From assembly GCF_009914755.1 (NCBI RefSeq), contig NC_060926.1: DNA of 64,000 nucleotides. One strand, 5' to 3'. The translations under genes were made by a program, and so were the position numbers. This stretch comes from the human T2T-CHM13v2.0 reference genome, Homo sapiens. The notes beneath the pieces were generated by a model, which searched no databases, was not told the origin of the DNA, and saw only the letters and a list, made by a program, of their open reading frames with translations. Position 1 is the stretch's first letter; each line of letters starts with the position of its first letter. Below, piece after piece: positions 30,196 through 43,643 of this stretch.

Positions 30196-30896
30196 CTTTG
30201 TGGTTTTATCTACCTTTGGTCTTTGATGATGGTGACCTACAGTTGGGTTTTTGGTGTGGACATCCTTTTTGTTGATGTTGATGCTATTCCTTTCTGTTTG
30301 TTAGTTTTCTTTCTAACAGTCAGGTCCCTCAGCTACAGGTCTTTTGGAGTTTGCTGAAGGTCCAATCCAGATCCTGTTTCCCTGGGTATCACCAGTGGAG
30401 GCCGCAGAACAGCAAATATTGCAGAACAGCAAATATTGCTGCCTGATCCTTCCTTCCTCTGGAAGCTTCATCTCAGAGGGGCACCCACCTGTATGAGATG
30501 TCAGTCAGCCCCTACTGGGAGGTGTCTCCAAGTTAGGCTTCACAGGGGTCAGGGACCCATTTGAGGAGGCAGTCTGTCCATTCTCAGAACTCAAACACCG
30601 TGCTGGAAAAACCACTACTGTCTTCAGAGCTGTCAGACAGGGACATTTCACATGCAGAGATTTTTTAAAAATGGAGAAAACATTGAAAATTTTTTCTATG
30701 ATAATCTGATGTTTCACATGGTCCCAAAGTAACCATGATCATTGAGTTATAAGAAGTGAGGTAGGCAGAATCAGAGACCATTGCAGAAGACAAAGCAGTC
30801 TCTGGGCTCAAGAACTGCAGTTATGTAGAGCAATAGGTTTTGATTACAGTTACTTACACATGGAAACTGCCAGAAGGAAACTTCCAGAAACTTACA

Positions 30897-31343
30897 ATAA
30901 ATGGTTGAATTGTGCCCTTCCCACCAATAATATATATATATTGAAGTCCTAATCCCCAGTATCTCAGAATGTGACCTTTCAAAGAAATAGGCTTATGTAG
31001 ATATAATTAGTTAAGATGAGATTATACCTGTGTAAAACAGACACCTAATCCAATATGACAGGGGTCCCTATGAAAGGAGGACATTTGACATCGATGACAG
31101 ACCCACACAGGGGGAGACTGCCCTGAGAAAATTGGAAGGAGGTTGCCAACAACCAAGGAACAATCAGAAACCAGGAGAGAGGCCCAGAAGACATCCTTCC
31201 CCAACACCTTTATAGAGAGCATGACCCCGGTGACAACCCGGTCTTAGACTTCTGACCTCCAGAAATATGAGGTGATCAATTTCTGTTGTTTTAAGCCAGA
31301 AGTTTGGAGGTAGTTTGGTATAGGAGCTTTAGAAAACACACAT
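30897..31343 (+). mobile_element. MaLR solo LTR MLT1C-like
   Basis: 'ggttgaattgtgccc...gaagtcctaatccccagtatctcagaatgtgacc...gacttctgacctccagaa...aatttctgttgttttaagcca'. Confidence 0.85.
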
Positions 31344-31660
31344 ATCTGCTAAGTTTTTGAGAAAAATCATATGCCAAAGAAATTACAGCCCAATTGTGAA
31401 AAGCCTGTGAGTATTTGGCCCTAATGTCACCCCCAAGCCTTTGTGTAACACCAGTGGTCAGGGAAGACCATGCAGCCACTCAACAGAGCATCCTCTCCAA
31501 GCAGAGGAAAACAGATAGTGAGGAACTTCCCCGAAGGAGAGGCTGGGCAACAGAGGATGACAGTGTGTCAGCTCCTTCCAGAGAAGTCCTGGCAGCCGGC
31601 AGATGAGTTCCATGAAGAGCTTCTTGCACTGTGCGGTCAGGGATGTCTTACAAGGGTGGC

Positions 31661-32064
31661 TGGGTTAGGCTGTACTTGTGGTTGCTCTAAAGAAATACCT
31701 GAGACTGGATAATTTATTTAAAAAAAAAGTCAGGGGGAGGTTTTATTGGCTCACAGTTCTTTAGGTTGCACGGAAAGCTTGGCACCAGCATCTGCTCAGC
31801 TTCTGGGGAGGCCTCGGGAAGCTACAATCATAGCAGGAGGTGAAGGAGGGGCAGGAATGTCACATACAGGGAGCAGGGGGAGAGGTGCCACACACTTTTT
31901 AACAACCAGATCTCATAAGAAACCACTCACTATGGCAAAGACAGCACCAAGCCATGAGATATCCACTCCCAAGACCCAAACACCTCCCTCCAGGCCTCAC
32001 CAGGAACACTGGAAATTACATCTCAACATGATATTTGAGTGGGACGAATATCCAAACCACATCA
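31661..32064 (-). mobile_element. MaLR solo LTR MSTA/MSTB
   Basis: TG...CA termini with perfect 5-bp TSD GTGGC (31656-31660, 32065-32069); 'aaagaaatacctgagactgg', 'ggcaccagcatctgctcagcttctgg'. Confidence 0.92.
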
Positions 32065-32689
32065 GTGGCTCAGCCCAATTTGATCATTGCTATGAAATAT
32101 GCCTATTATGTGTGTTTTTTCAAACTTTTCTTTTCTAAATGATACTTTATAGAGCGGCTGTCCCTTTCCTCACATGTCAGATGTGCTTGGAGATCAGGGT
32201 GTGAACAGTGGATTACTTACAGCTTAGTTTGTAGCTGCTGAGCTGTGAGAAGCCACATTCACACTTGAAACCGAGGGTTGCGCATCAACCAGAGATCCTG
32301 GAATTGGTTGTCGAGGAAATAACTGAGTGACTGAGATAATGGGTATGTTCTGAGTGGAAGTGTGAGTACAGATATTTGGGTGGCCAAAGGAGTAGACCAC
32401 AGTAGGCACTTCAAGTAGTTTCCCGAAATCCATCTAACTAAATAAAGGATTCCATTTAAGGGCTCAATATGGCTTTGTGACTTAGTTCTGGACAATGGGA
32501 CATATGCAGAAGAAACATATGGAGCTTCCAGATCCTTCCCTCCTTTATGGATTTACCATACCATTCACTGCTTTATGAATAGGCTGGAAAATGCTGGCTC
32601 AGTCAGCTTGGAAGACAAAATAGAAATCAAGTGTGGAGGCTGGCAGATCAACACAAAATAAAACATCCTCTTCCAAAGCAGGGCATCCT

Positions 32690-32820
32690 CTTCCAGGGCA
32701 GAGAAGATGATGTCAAGTGGCTCAGAGAGGTTGAACAAATTGTCCAAGGGCAACCAGCAGAGTCACACCTGGAGGTTGGTCTTAGTTTTTTTTCTCTTAT
32801 TGATTCTCTTTCCACTACAC
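32690..32820 (-). mobile_element. MIR fragment
   Basis: 'ggctcagagaggttgaacaaattgtccaagg'. Confidence 0.55.
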
Positions 32821-32926
32821 AAAGCAGCCACTCAGTATAAAAGTTAACAACTACTAAAAGTACATTTAAGCCTGTATGCTAACATTTAAGTATAGTGGTC
32901 TTTGAGAAAAAATATAGGTAGACATA

Positions 32927-33351
32927 TGTATTACTCAGGGTTCTCTAGAGGGACAGAACTAATTATATATATAAAGGGGAGTTTATTAAGTATTGGATCA
33001 CATGATCACAAGGTCCCACACTAGGCCATCTGCAAGCTGAGGAACAAGGAGAGCCAGTCTAAGTTCCAAAACTGAAGAACCTGGAGTCCAATGCTCGAGT
33101 GCAGGAGGCATCCAGCACGGGAGAAAGATGGAGACTGGGAGGTTGGCCAGTCTCATCTTTTCAAATTTTTCTGCCTTCTTTATATTCTAGCCATGCTGGC
33201 AGCTGATTAGATGGTGCCCACCCAGATTAAGGGTGGGTCTGCCTTTCTCAGCTCACTGACTCAAATGTGAATCTCCTTTGGCAACACCCTCACAGACATA
33301 CTCAGGATCAATACTTTGCATCCTTCAATCCAATCAGTATTAACCATCACA
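32927..33351 (-). mobile_element. HERV-L solo LTR MLT2A1/MLT2A2
   Basis: 'tgtattactcagggttctctagagggacagaactaat...gtattaaccatcaca'; perfect 5-bp TSD ACATA (32922-32926, 33352-33356). Confidence 0.93.
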
Positions 33352-33479
33352 ACATATGACTGGCTAGAGGTTGTTGTTTTTTAAATACACATAAAATGTG
33401 TACACATCTATATAGAAAACACTAGGTAAATACTAGTAGAAAATAAATATACTCAAGTAGAAAATTAATAAAGAAGAAA

Positions 33480-34170
<691 letters not shown>

Positions 34171-34611
34171 GAGAAACAATGTTTCAACTCACCGATACCT
34201 AGAAATTCAGAGCAAAGGGCATGTCACCCCGACACCTGGTATTTTCACAATGTCTCCCATATGCTTCTCTCAGACCTGTGGCTGCCTCTTCCAGAACTTC
34301 CACTCCCCTGATAATTGTACAGTATTTGACTTCCACTCCCCTGGAAAAGTATCTAATCCTCACACAGTCTGATCTGGCCATTTTCTCTTCAGTACCTAAC
34401 TCATCTTCCCTCCTCCTCCACTGAGCAAAGCACTGAAAGGCTCAAGGTTGCCAGGAAGGAAGAGGATCCTGTTATGTATGGAAGGCACATGCTAATAGTG
34501 CCAGCAGTGTGGAGTGGGGACCAGTGGCCCTCAGCAAGCTGGCTGTAGCCAGTTCTCAAGGCAGTAAGTAAAGAAGCAGAATTGGCAGAATAATGTTCGG
34601 CTTCTTGAGTA

Positions 34612-34662
34612 TAATGAGCATGATGATGACTACGTTGTTGATGATAATGATGGTGATGATGA
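34612..34662. repeat. Degenerate (TGA)n repeat
   Basis: 'tgatgatgac...ttgatgataatgatggtgatgatgac'. Confidence 0.7.
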
Positions 34663-36654
34663 CAGAGCTTGTATTGTGTCAATGGTGTTCAAAATTTTAA
34701 TTTGTTAATATTTTACTGGGATTGTATTTTACAAAAGCAACTTCCATACAGACTGGAAATAAAAATAATAATAAAAAAACCTAAAACATACAAACATCTG
34801 GTTCGTTACCACAGATAGTCTGAGAAGCACAGTGTGAGAGGCGTGTCCTTGTGGGCACAGAGGCAGTGAGTTCTTCTGATCAGATGCTCCCTGGCCCCAG
34901 GGTTGCTGCAAGGGGAATGCCAGCAAAGGACAGATGGAGAAACAAGCAGAAGGTGGCTTTCTCTCAGGTGATCCTGTGAGAAAGAGAAAAGGAATTCTGA
35001 ATGGTGACTCCTGCGTGTTCAGAAAAATCCATCAGAATAAAAGCCCATCAGCGACCAAGGGGATCTTCTTTTTCCTGGCTTGTCCAATCATGTCTTTGTA
35101 AAATTGCTCTCTGCCCTTGCTGTGAAACAGTGAAGTGAAGACCCAGATGTGCCTGGAGATCGGGTTACTCTTCTCAGCATCCCCTCCCACCCGCTATACA
35201 CATCTATCCTCCGAAAGAGTGATACCGGATGTCGTTTGGGGGAAAATGCATGAATGAGTTTACATTTGTGGCCTTAAGGCACTGGCAGAGTAGGTGTTCC
35301 CCAGGCGTTTGTTAAAGAGAATCTTGTGTTTTTGTAAAAACAAGAAAAACCACCACTCTCAATGTGCCCGCCTCAATTTCCTTGCACTGCATAAGGGTTC
35401 AGCTAAAATAGAAGCAGGATAATGTTTCCAAACTAAACTAAGGAAGCTGATAAATTTGATCTTGGTGAACAAGAGGGAAATCTTCAGTTCTTACAATAGA
35501 ATCTTCCTCCGGGCCCTGAGATTGGAGTAATCTCCATGCTTTGTCACGGGATTAGATGTGAAATCACATTATTTTCTTCCTTCAAAGTTTCCAAGCATCT
35601 TAGTTCTCACTTTTATTACCTGCTCTTATCAATCAAGAAATATTACAGTGCTTTCCACGTTTTTCTTTCATGCTGTGACTTTATTTAAAACAGGGAACTT
35701 TTTATACACCTGGAAACTGTCTAGCAAAGGGTAGACACTTCAGAAGACACACACACACAATTTGGGTAGTAGCGGCTCTGATTTCTAGAAATACAAAGAA
35801 AACTGTAAGCACAAAGAGATCCTTATGGCTGGTTCCTTCCATTCATGAGAGGATAAAGTTAATGCGCCCAAGGTCAGGGGATCAATCACCATATGAACCA
35901 CTTAAGTCTGGGCTGGGGCAGAACTCTGTCCCCCAGCAAAAAGCTGCACCCTGTCATCGCCATCTTGTAAATGTCAGGCGCCAGTCGCAAATGGAACTAG
36001 AACGGAAAATATAGACAGTGTCAAAGTTTCCAACCAACGACTGCAAAACAGCTAGAAAATCATAACCTTCATCATCATACTTCCTCGCAATTATAAGATG
36101 TTTTAGCATGTAAAATATGTTTGTACATATTTCTTTATTCTCTTTCAAATATTGTTGATCCCATCAGCCACCTAAGGAAGTAAGTGATGTGCTGTTTAAT
36201 TTTAGAGATGAAGAAATTGAGACAAAAAAATGTTACTCAAGCAATGAGTGGCAGATCCAGGACTCCAGCCAGATGTTGACAAATACTGCCTGAAAACCCA
36301 AACTTAGCAACAAGGAAAAGGTGAAATTTTCTTTGTACATAAAAGATGAACGTTTTTCTTTTGTACAGTTATACCAAAAGGCAGGGGTATACCATTATCA
36401 CAGAACTTAAGAGCAAAATAAAGTTGAAATAAGTCCTTCACACTACGTGAACATTGTGTCAGGCAGTGATTGACTGGGAGGGTTGTAGCTCTGGGCTTAG
36501 AAGGAATGTGAATTCTGCTTTTCCACAAGCAGATAAGAGCATCTGTGGCTGCTCTGCTTGGCATCACAGAACCTCAGGACCTGAAAGAGAAGGAGCTGGA
36601 GAACTTGTCCTTCTTAGCTGCTTCTCCCTGTAGAAGAAATGAGAGTTCTATTTC

Positions 36655-37070
36655 TAATATCCCCGTTCTCTAGAAGACAACTTTGAGTCAGGGTTTGGCA
36701 TAAAGATATTTATTAGGGATCAACACCTGTGGGAAAAAGCAGGAAGGAATAGAACTGGGCCGGGGGAAAAAGGCAACTCCATTGTGCAGGCCAAAAGGAG
36801 CCATGGCTAGTCCCACAGGAGCTCCAGAAAGGAGTATTGCCCCTGGCCAAGGTCCCCATTGTTCAGAATGCCTGGGCCTTTACCCCGACCTTGTTCTCCT
36901 GGCCTCGGGTTGCCCTGGGAAAGTTGTAACCCCAGACCAGGTGGCTCTCCTCAGCTGAGGGCAGACCTTACGGGAGCAGAGAGCTGGGGTCCTTGGGCTG
37001 ACCCCCCTTACTGGGTGTGGTAGCAAGCCCTCCCTGGGGGTGGGATCTAGACAGTGTATCTATAGGTCTA
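36655..37070 (-). mobile_element. ERVL LTR, LTR16-family
   Basis: 'tttattagggatcaacacctgtg...cccacaggagctc...gggttgccctggga...cagctgaggg...gggatctagacagtg'. Confidence 0.7.
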
Positions 37071-37482
37071 ATTGGATCCGCCCCATTGGTGAGGGACAAC
37101 AGAGGTATACAGCAAGGAAATATCCAAATTCATCTAGGAATGGCCCATAAATAACCAAACTAAGTTAATTCACAGAAAGATAAAATCTAGATGTGGAAAC
37201 CCAGAGAAACAAACAAGAATAGTCACAAAGATTTAGTAGCCTCAGATGAAAGGCCAGGAAATTAGAGCTGTAGCCAAGCCTTCTTGACCATGGTAGCCAG
37301 AAAGAGGTGCCACATAGACACTCCCAGCTTATTCTCAGTACAAAGATAGAAACATATTTGTGAAAATAAGCCTAATTTCTAATCCCAGCTTTCACTGGGG
37401 CTAAAACTGTCAATATGCTTCCTGCTGTAATTGGGACTATCTAGGACCACAGGGGCTAAACCTCATAAAGGAAGGCCTAGAT

Positions 37483-37999
<517 letters not shown>

Positions 38000-39889
38000 G
38001 CCTACATGATAGGACCTGGAGAACACCAAGCTAAAGTGGAACCTGATGTTTTCTCTAAACCAGTAGAGAAGACCACTATCACACTCTCCTGCTGCGTCTA
38101 AAGCCTCCTGACTTCACCATACACATTCATGGTATGTTCTATCTTTCAATGAAATAACAAATTATGTTTTTCCTACTGTACAAAAGAGAATCACATCAGG
38201 TTCTAGATGTGTATTTATTACAAGGTTTTTTTCACAGATTGCAACAAGTAGAATGTGCAATGCTTGGTAAGTTTCTGTGAGAGACCTCTGCCCATTGTGA
38301 CATCAGCTTGCTATTTAATGACATTTATAAAGAAAAAGTAGAATCCACCCACTGAACACACACAAAATAAGGTCACCATATTGAGCTTCACTACAGTCTA
38401 ATTTGTCCTTATTATGGTCTCTATCATTTCTGTCCTCAGAGAAATTGCAAATGAGTTCAAAATTTCCTCCATCCCCTTCACGAAAACCACGCCATGCTGG
38501 GGAAAATCCCAGGCCCACTATTCTACCCACTGATTAAGGAAGCAGAGAATCTAGAATATTTAGGTTTTGTGAGAATTCACTTCACTAGCTCAAAGAAGAC
38601 TGGAAACACACAAATGTGAAAGCTGACATGGAGGTGAGAAAAGGTCAATGCACCTCTACATTGTTTCAAGCAAAAGATAAACGGTCAAAGAAATAACCCC
38701 TTTAACAGGTCTCTTGGTTTCTTTGGATCCTGAAATTTCAACACTTCGCTAATTTGAAAAAATAAATACATAAATTTATGCCTACTTTGTACTAATGGGT
38801 CACTCTGGGTTTTGTAATCATATATGAATCCATACAGCACAGGCAAACAGAAAATGTGCTGCCATGGCATGGCCACTCATCAGATGCCCTTCAAAATGCA
38901 TCAGTTCACTTGGTAGGTGTCCTTGAAAAAGGGTTTCATTTTAGTTGTTCCAATTGTCTATTAATCAAACTTTCGATTCTTGCTTACTTTTTAAGTAAAA
39001 TTTTTCTACAGAAAATCCATATGCCAACAGCCTTATACACACATACTGTTCATCCAGGTTATTTATATTCAGCTAACAGATAGAGAGTACCTTCTATGAA
39101 CTAAGTACCGTGACAAGTGCTTTATAGGCATCAGTATGAGGACTCACCAATGAGACCTCATTTTGCAACAAATAAAAAAAAATGAAGATGAACGTGCCTC
39201 ACGAAATCTTAGTTCATTGTGATACCCCCTTATTCATACACATGAGGCTTAGATCATAACAATACATGTTGGTCTGTGTTTTTACTAGTCTCAGAAATAC
39301 CTTCTTCCATTGCAGAATCCTACAGTTCTCTTCTATTTGCAGTCCTCTCCCTTTGCCATAACAACTGCCAGCACATGTGGTTGCCATGGCAAGCAGAGGA
39401 GGCATTATTAAGAAAGATAAGAGCTAAGACCTTACCTTATAATTCAACCTTGGTAGTTTATTTTTTCTCTTGAGTTCTTCATATTTTATGACCTACTTCA
39501 TTTGCCCGTGAATTCCAAATGGTTTCCAGATGCATCTGGACTTTATCAGATATCTGGGCAACAAAGGTACTCTTTGGCTCTTTCCTGGTATTCAGCAGCA
39601 ATAGAGAAAACAAGCACCAATACTACAGAATCTCTAGGCCAATTAAGAAAATGGGATGTAAAATTATTCTAAGACAAAAGAGCTAGACTGGCTCTCTAAA
39701 AGGTTAGAAAAGAGTTTAATAATATAAAAACAAATAAGAAAACTACATGTATTAATAAAGATTTAACTCCAGATTCAAATAAGGAATTCCAAATTGCTCC
39801 CCAAATTCCAATGAAAAGCACTCTGACCATTTGAATATGTCAGTTGTCAGCTCTCTTAATGAAATAAAATAGCAACCATACAACAAGGC

Positions 39890-40036
39890 TGGTACTGTAG
39901 CATCCGCCTTACTGGTAAGAAAACTCCAGTTCAGAATAATCAAATTCCTTGCCCAAGATTGTCCCAGGTAACAAACAACAGACACAGCTCTTTTGACCTT
40001 GAGTCTGGCACACTTTACAGCATTTTATGCTGCCTC
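39890..40036 (-). mobile_element. MIR
   Basis: 'gtaagaaaact...cttgcccaagattg...ttatgctgcctc'. Confidence 0.6.
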
Positions 40037-40254
40037 AGCAGTATTTTTCTTCATAGATTAATTATTTCCATTTGGTACAAGGTGGTCTTTTCCCAGTTTG
40101 AGTGGCATGAACAATATTTTCTGTTGCAAAACCATCCCTGGGGATGCTTCCTCAATGTGGAGCTGTGATATTGCACTCCCCATCCAAGCCCCTCTGAGTG
40201 CAGCCAGAAGGCACCCTTAGCCTTGCACACTTCGCTGAAAGTGAGAAGTTGTTC

Positions 40255-40421
40255 TTAGGCTTGCTGCACATCATAAACACCTGTGAAGGTCTAAAAATGG
40301 CAACTTCTTAGCCCTAACCGCTGAGATTAAAATTTAATTGGTCCAGAGTGTAACTTGGGCCTCAGGCGCCCTAAAAGCTCCCCAGGTAATTTTATTATGA
40401 GGCAAAGTTATAGAACCACAG
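40255..40421. mobile_element. MER5-like MITE
   Basis: 'tttaattggtcc...aaaagctccccaggtaattttattatg...agaaccacag'. Confidence 0.7.
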
Positions 40422-40454
40422 ATCTAAAACTTTAAAGGCACCTTAGGTTCTGTA

Positions 40455-40610
40455 ATAGGTACCTTTATACTGAGCAATGCATTAGAATCACTTGGACAGA
40501 CAGTAAAATACGTATTTCCAGGTCCCATCCTGGAAATACAGGGGTAGGAATCATGGGTAGAAATCCCATGATTCTGACGTAGTCAACAGTTGGCATTTTG
40601 CAAACTGCTG
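40455..40610. mobile_element. MER5-like MITE containing two perfect hairpins
   Basis: 'gcattagaatcacttgg...ccaggtcccatcc...tgattctga'. Confidence 0.6.
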
Positions 40611-40789
40611 ATTTTGGACGCCTAAAACATGGACAGATTAGAGAAATGGACTATTGCAAACTTTGGGAATCACCGGAATCCTCTTTTAACTACCAGAGCC
40701 TCTAAGGAGGCTTATTTCTGAAACTTAGTACCAATTATACATCCTTCAGTCATCACGATTTAGCAACTCTTACAGAAAGAGAACAGAAA

Positions 40790-41060
40790 AGAAGAAGATG
40801 AGTCCAGGCTCAGACAGGTGCACAGAGTCGGTGCTGGGGAGGTGAGGGGGCACCTGATGGCTTTTGTTTTTCTAACGAAATGAGAGGCAATGCCATCTGT
40901 GGGCAGCATGTGAGGGGAGTGGTGCAGAGGGGAATTATGGGTGATGAGCTTGAATAGAAAAACAAAGGTCTAAAATAGTTAGTGCAGAGAGTGGGATAAT
41001 GAGCTTAGTAGAGGAAAACCGGTAGGATTTCTTAGAATTTTTGAGTGAGAATTGAAATTC
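40790..41060 (-). mobile_element. L2 internal fragment
   Basis: 'ctgatggcttttgtttttctaacgaaatgagaggcaatgccatctg'. Confidence 0.5.
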
Positions 41061-41263
41061 TTAATTATGAATGTATGAAGATGATATTATACTCTTTTGT
41101 CTTTTTCTAAACATTCTATACTGGTGTTCACCTTCACAGATAAAGGCATGAAGACTATATGTGAATCTAACCAAGATTAGTGTTTTGAAAAACAAATGGA
41201 AGGAAACAGCAAGCATGCAAGAGAAATGACGGTCTTTCTAAAGGGAAAGTTATTTTCAAAAGA

Positions 41264-41530
41264 TGTAGTAGATTGAACTATTGCTTCTTCATATTCACTC
41301 TGCTTTCTTGTAAAAGAATTATATACAGTTGCACCATGCACGGGATTTGTAGTGTCTCCCATTGGAGAAGTATGTATCCTCACCCAGATGACATCAAGCT
41401 TGTTTGTGTGACTTGCTTTGGCCAATGGCATGTAAATGAATGTGGCATGTATCACATCTAAGCCAAAGCATTGAGAGTCGTGTTTTGCCAGCCATATCAT
41501 TTGCTTTTCCACCCTTTGGGAAACGGTTGA
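41264..41530 (+). mobile_element. Old MaLR LTR fragment (MLT1J/K-like)
   Basis: 'tgtagtagattg...tgtgacttgctttggccaatggcatgt'. Confidence 0.65.
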
Positions 41531-42318
41531 GTTTCTACTCACACTGCCTCTGATCCTTTAAGCCAGAAGATCAAAGCTATCTTCATCCAACGTGGAGTAG
41601 CTGATAAGGCAAGCTACAGTTGGCCCAGCACTGTTTGGGGTAATAAACGTGAACCTTCTGATTTGCTTTGGGGCTATTGTTATTTCAACTTTGTTTCCAC
41701 TTACCCAAAACTTCTTATTCCATTAGCCCATCCTAACTCAGTCTTTTACCCTTTGGACTTGATGTTAGTATTTTGTACCTTGCTGCTTGAGCTTGACTCT
41801 CGGCTCCAATGAATGCCTCAGGGACTTTTCTGGAAATTTTCCTGGCCTTCTCTTCTTCCAACCTGTCCAGCTATTCCTGCACTGTCTGGACCCACAAGCT
41901 CAGAGAAAGGGCAGATTTGAACAGTTCCTGTTCTGAGGAATGCTCAAGGGGGACTGATTGTTCCTGATTGCAAAGGCTACGTAGTAGGTTGTGCCTCCTC
42001 CTCAATTTAACTAGACACAGAAGATGATACTCAGGGCCCTTAAGGAGGTCATTCCAATCTGGAGAAGCTGGTTCTAATGAGATCCAGTAGCCAAGAAAGA
42101 AACTTGTATCAGCCAATTCAAGTGGCTTCTGCCACAAACGTAGCATAGATTTTCCTTGAAAATCTAGGTGCATTGTTTTCTAAAGGTCTTCTTTTGAGCT
42201 CAAGACATTCAGGCTGTACTATTATGCATATAGCTTAGAAATATGATTTTAAAATAAATTAAAGCCTAAATATTGTTGGAGATATGAGAAGTGTTGCAGA
42301 CTGAGTTGTTATAAAAGA

Positions 42319-42453
42319 TGTTGCAAACAAATTGTATCCTTTGAAGTCCTAACCCCTGATGCGACAGTGTTTGCAGATGGGACCTTGGGGAAATAAGTAG
42401 GTTTAGATGAGGTCCTGGGCTCTGGTCCAATGGAAGAAACACCTGAACATTTT

Positions 42454-42484
<31 letters not shown>

Positions 42485-42675
42485 CCTGCATGCACCAAGG
42501 ATGTCACAAAAAGGTGCCCATCTACAAAACAAGAAGGAGGCCCTGACAGAGAACAAATTGGCTAGCAACTCGATCTTGAATTTCCCAGCCTCTGGAAGTG
42601 TGAGAAATAAATTTCTGTTGTTTAAGCCACCCATTGTATAGTATTTTGGTATGGTGACCCAAGCCGACTAACACA
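42319..42675 (+). mobile_element. MaLR solo LTR MLT1A-like with internal (TG)n
   Basis: 'gaagtcctaacccc...cttgaatttcccagcctc...gtgagaaataaatttctgttgtttaagccaccca'; TSD aaaga / aaagg. Confidence 0.85.
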
Positions 42676-43601
42676 AAAGGTAAAAAGAAAAAAATATGTT
42701 TTCTATGACAAATCTGACTCAATTTTCAATATTCCCACTTACTAGAATTTTGTGAAAATCTTTTGGTTTACAATATTTCCTATTTAGGAAACAGTATACC
42801 TAAGCTCAGTCATATTTTACTGCCTTCATTCATCACCTGTTCTTAATGAAAAAGAAATTTAAGTAAGTGAATGATGAGATGGATCAAATTATTCTCTAGA
42901 GCTCTAGAGGGTGTTTCATGCTCCCTAGATGGTTTATAAATTCTTGAACATTTGTATACAAATTGATCAAACATGCAAATCAGTAATCTGGGACTGAAAA
43001 GACAGAAATGATCTTGGAAATTGCATTTAGGAAAAAAAATTACAGTATCGTGTTGGTAGACACAAAAGAACTTTGATGAAAGCAGCTGTTAAATTGTTAA
43101 TTTAACAAAAAGATGGAGCTGATGATTCAAAAATGATCAACTAGGTTGCAGATATTCTGCACTCTGAATAGCATAGGCTGCACAGCATTCAACCCTCTCC
43201 TCTGCTGTAATTTGAGGCTGCATTCTATCTGCATTAGCAGAACTGTTAATAAATCACATGAGCAAGAAATGAGGAACTGAAAATCTGCAGGTGTTTGATA
43301 ATGCCTCAAATATCTTCACCACATGTTTCAGAGGAGTCATGTGAGTTCAGAAACATGACTTGGTGATTACTCACTGTATTGCTCTGGCTGCAGTCTAGCT
43401 AACTTCTACGGGATACATTTAAATACAGGTTAGGGTCACTATGATGTTTTCTCCCGTCTAGCCCTCAGGACTGGCTTCGATCCTTTGTGTACAGTAGATA
43501 TCGGTACCCATTGGTCAACTCATGGTTCCTTTGCCATGGAACATTTTTTTCCTTGACAAATCCAGATTTGTTCTCATTCTGTCCCTCTCTCTCTATCCCA
43601 C

Positions 43602-43602
<1 letters not shown>

Positions 43603-43643
<41 letters not shown>
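43603..43643. repeat. (CT)n(CA)n microsatellite
   Basis: Direct reading. Confidence 0.9.

Noticed and set aside
34401-34682. His-rich ORF
   Set aside because: The His run is a translation of a degenerate (TGA)n repeat.
43087-43107. 9-bp inverted repeat TGTTAAATT/AATTTAACA
   Set aside because: Short and AT-rich; expected by chance.
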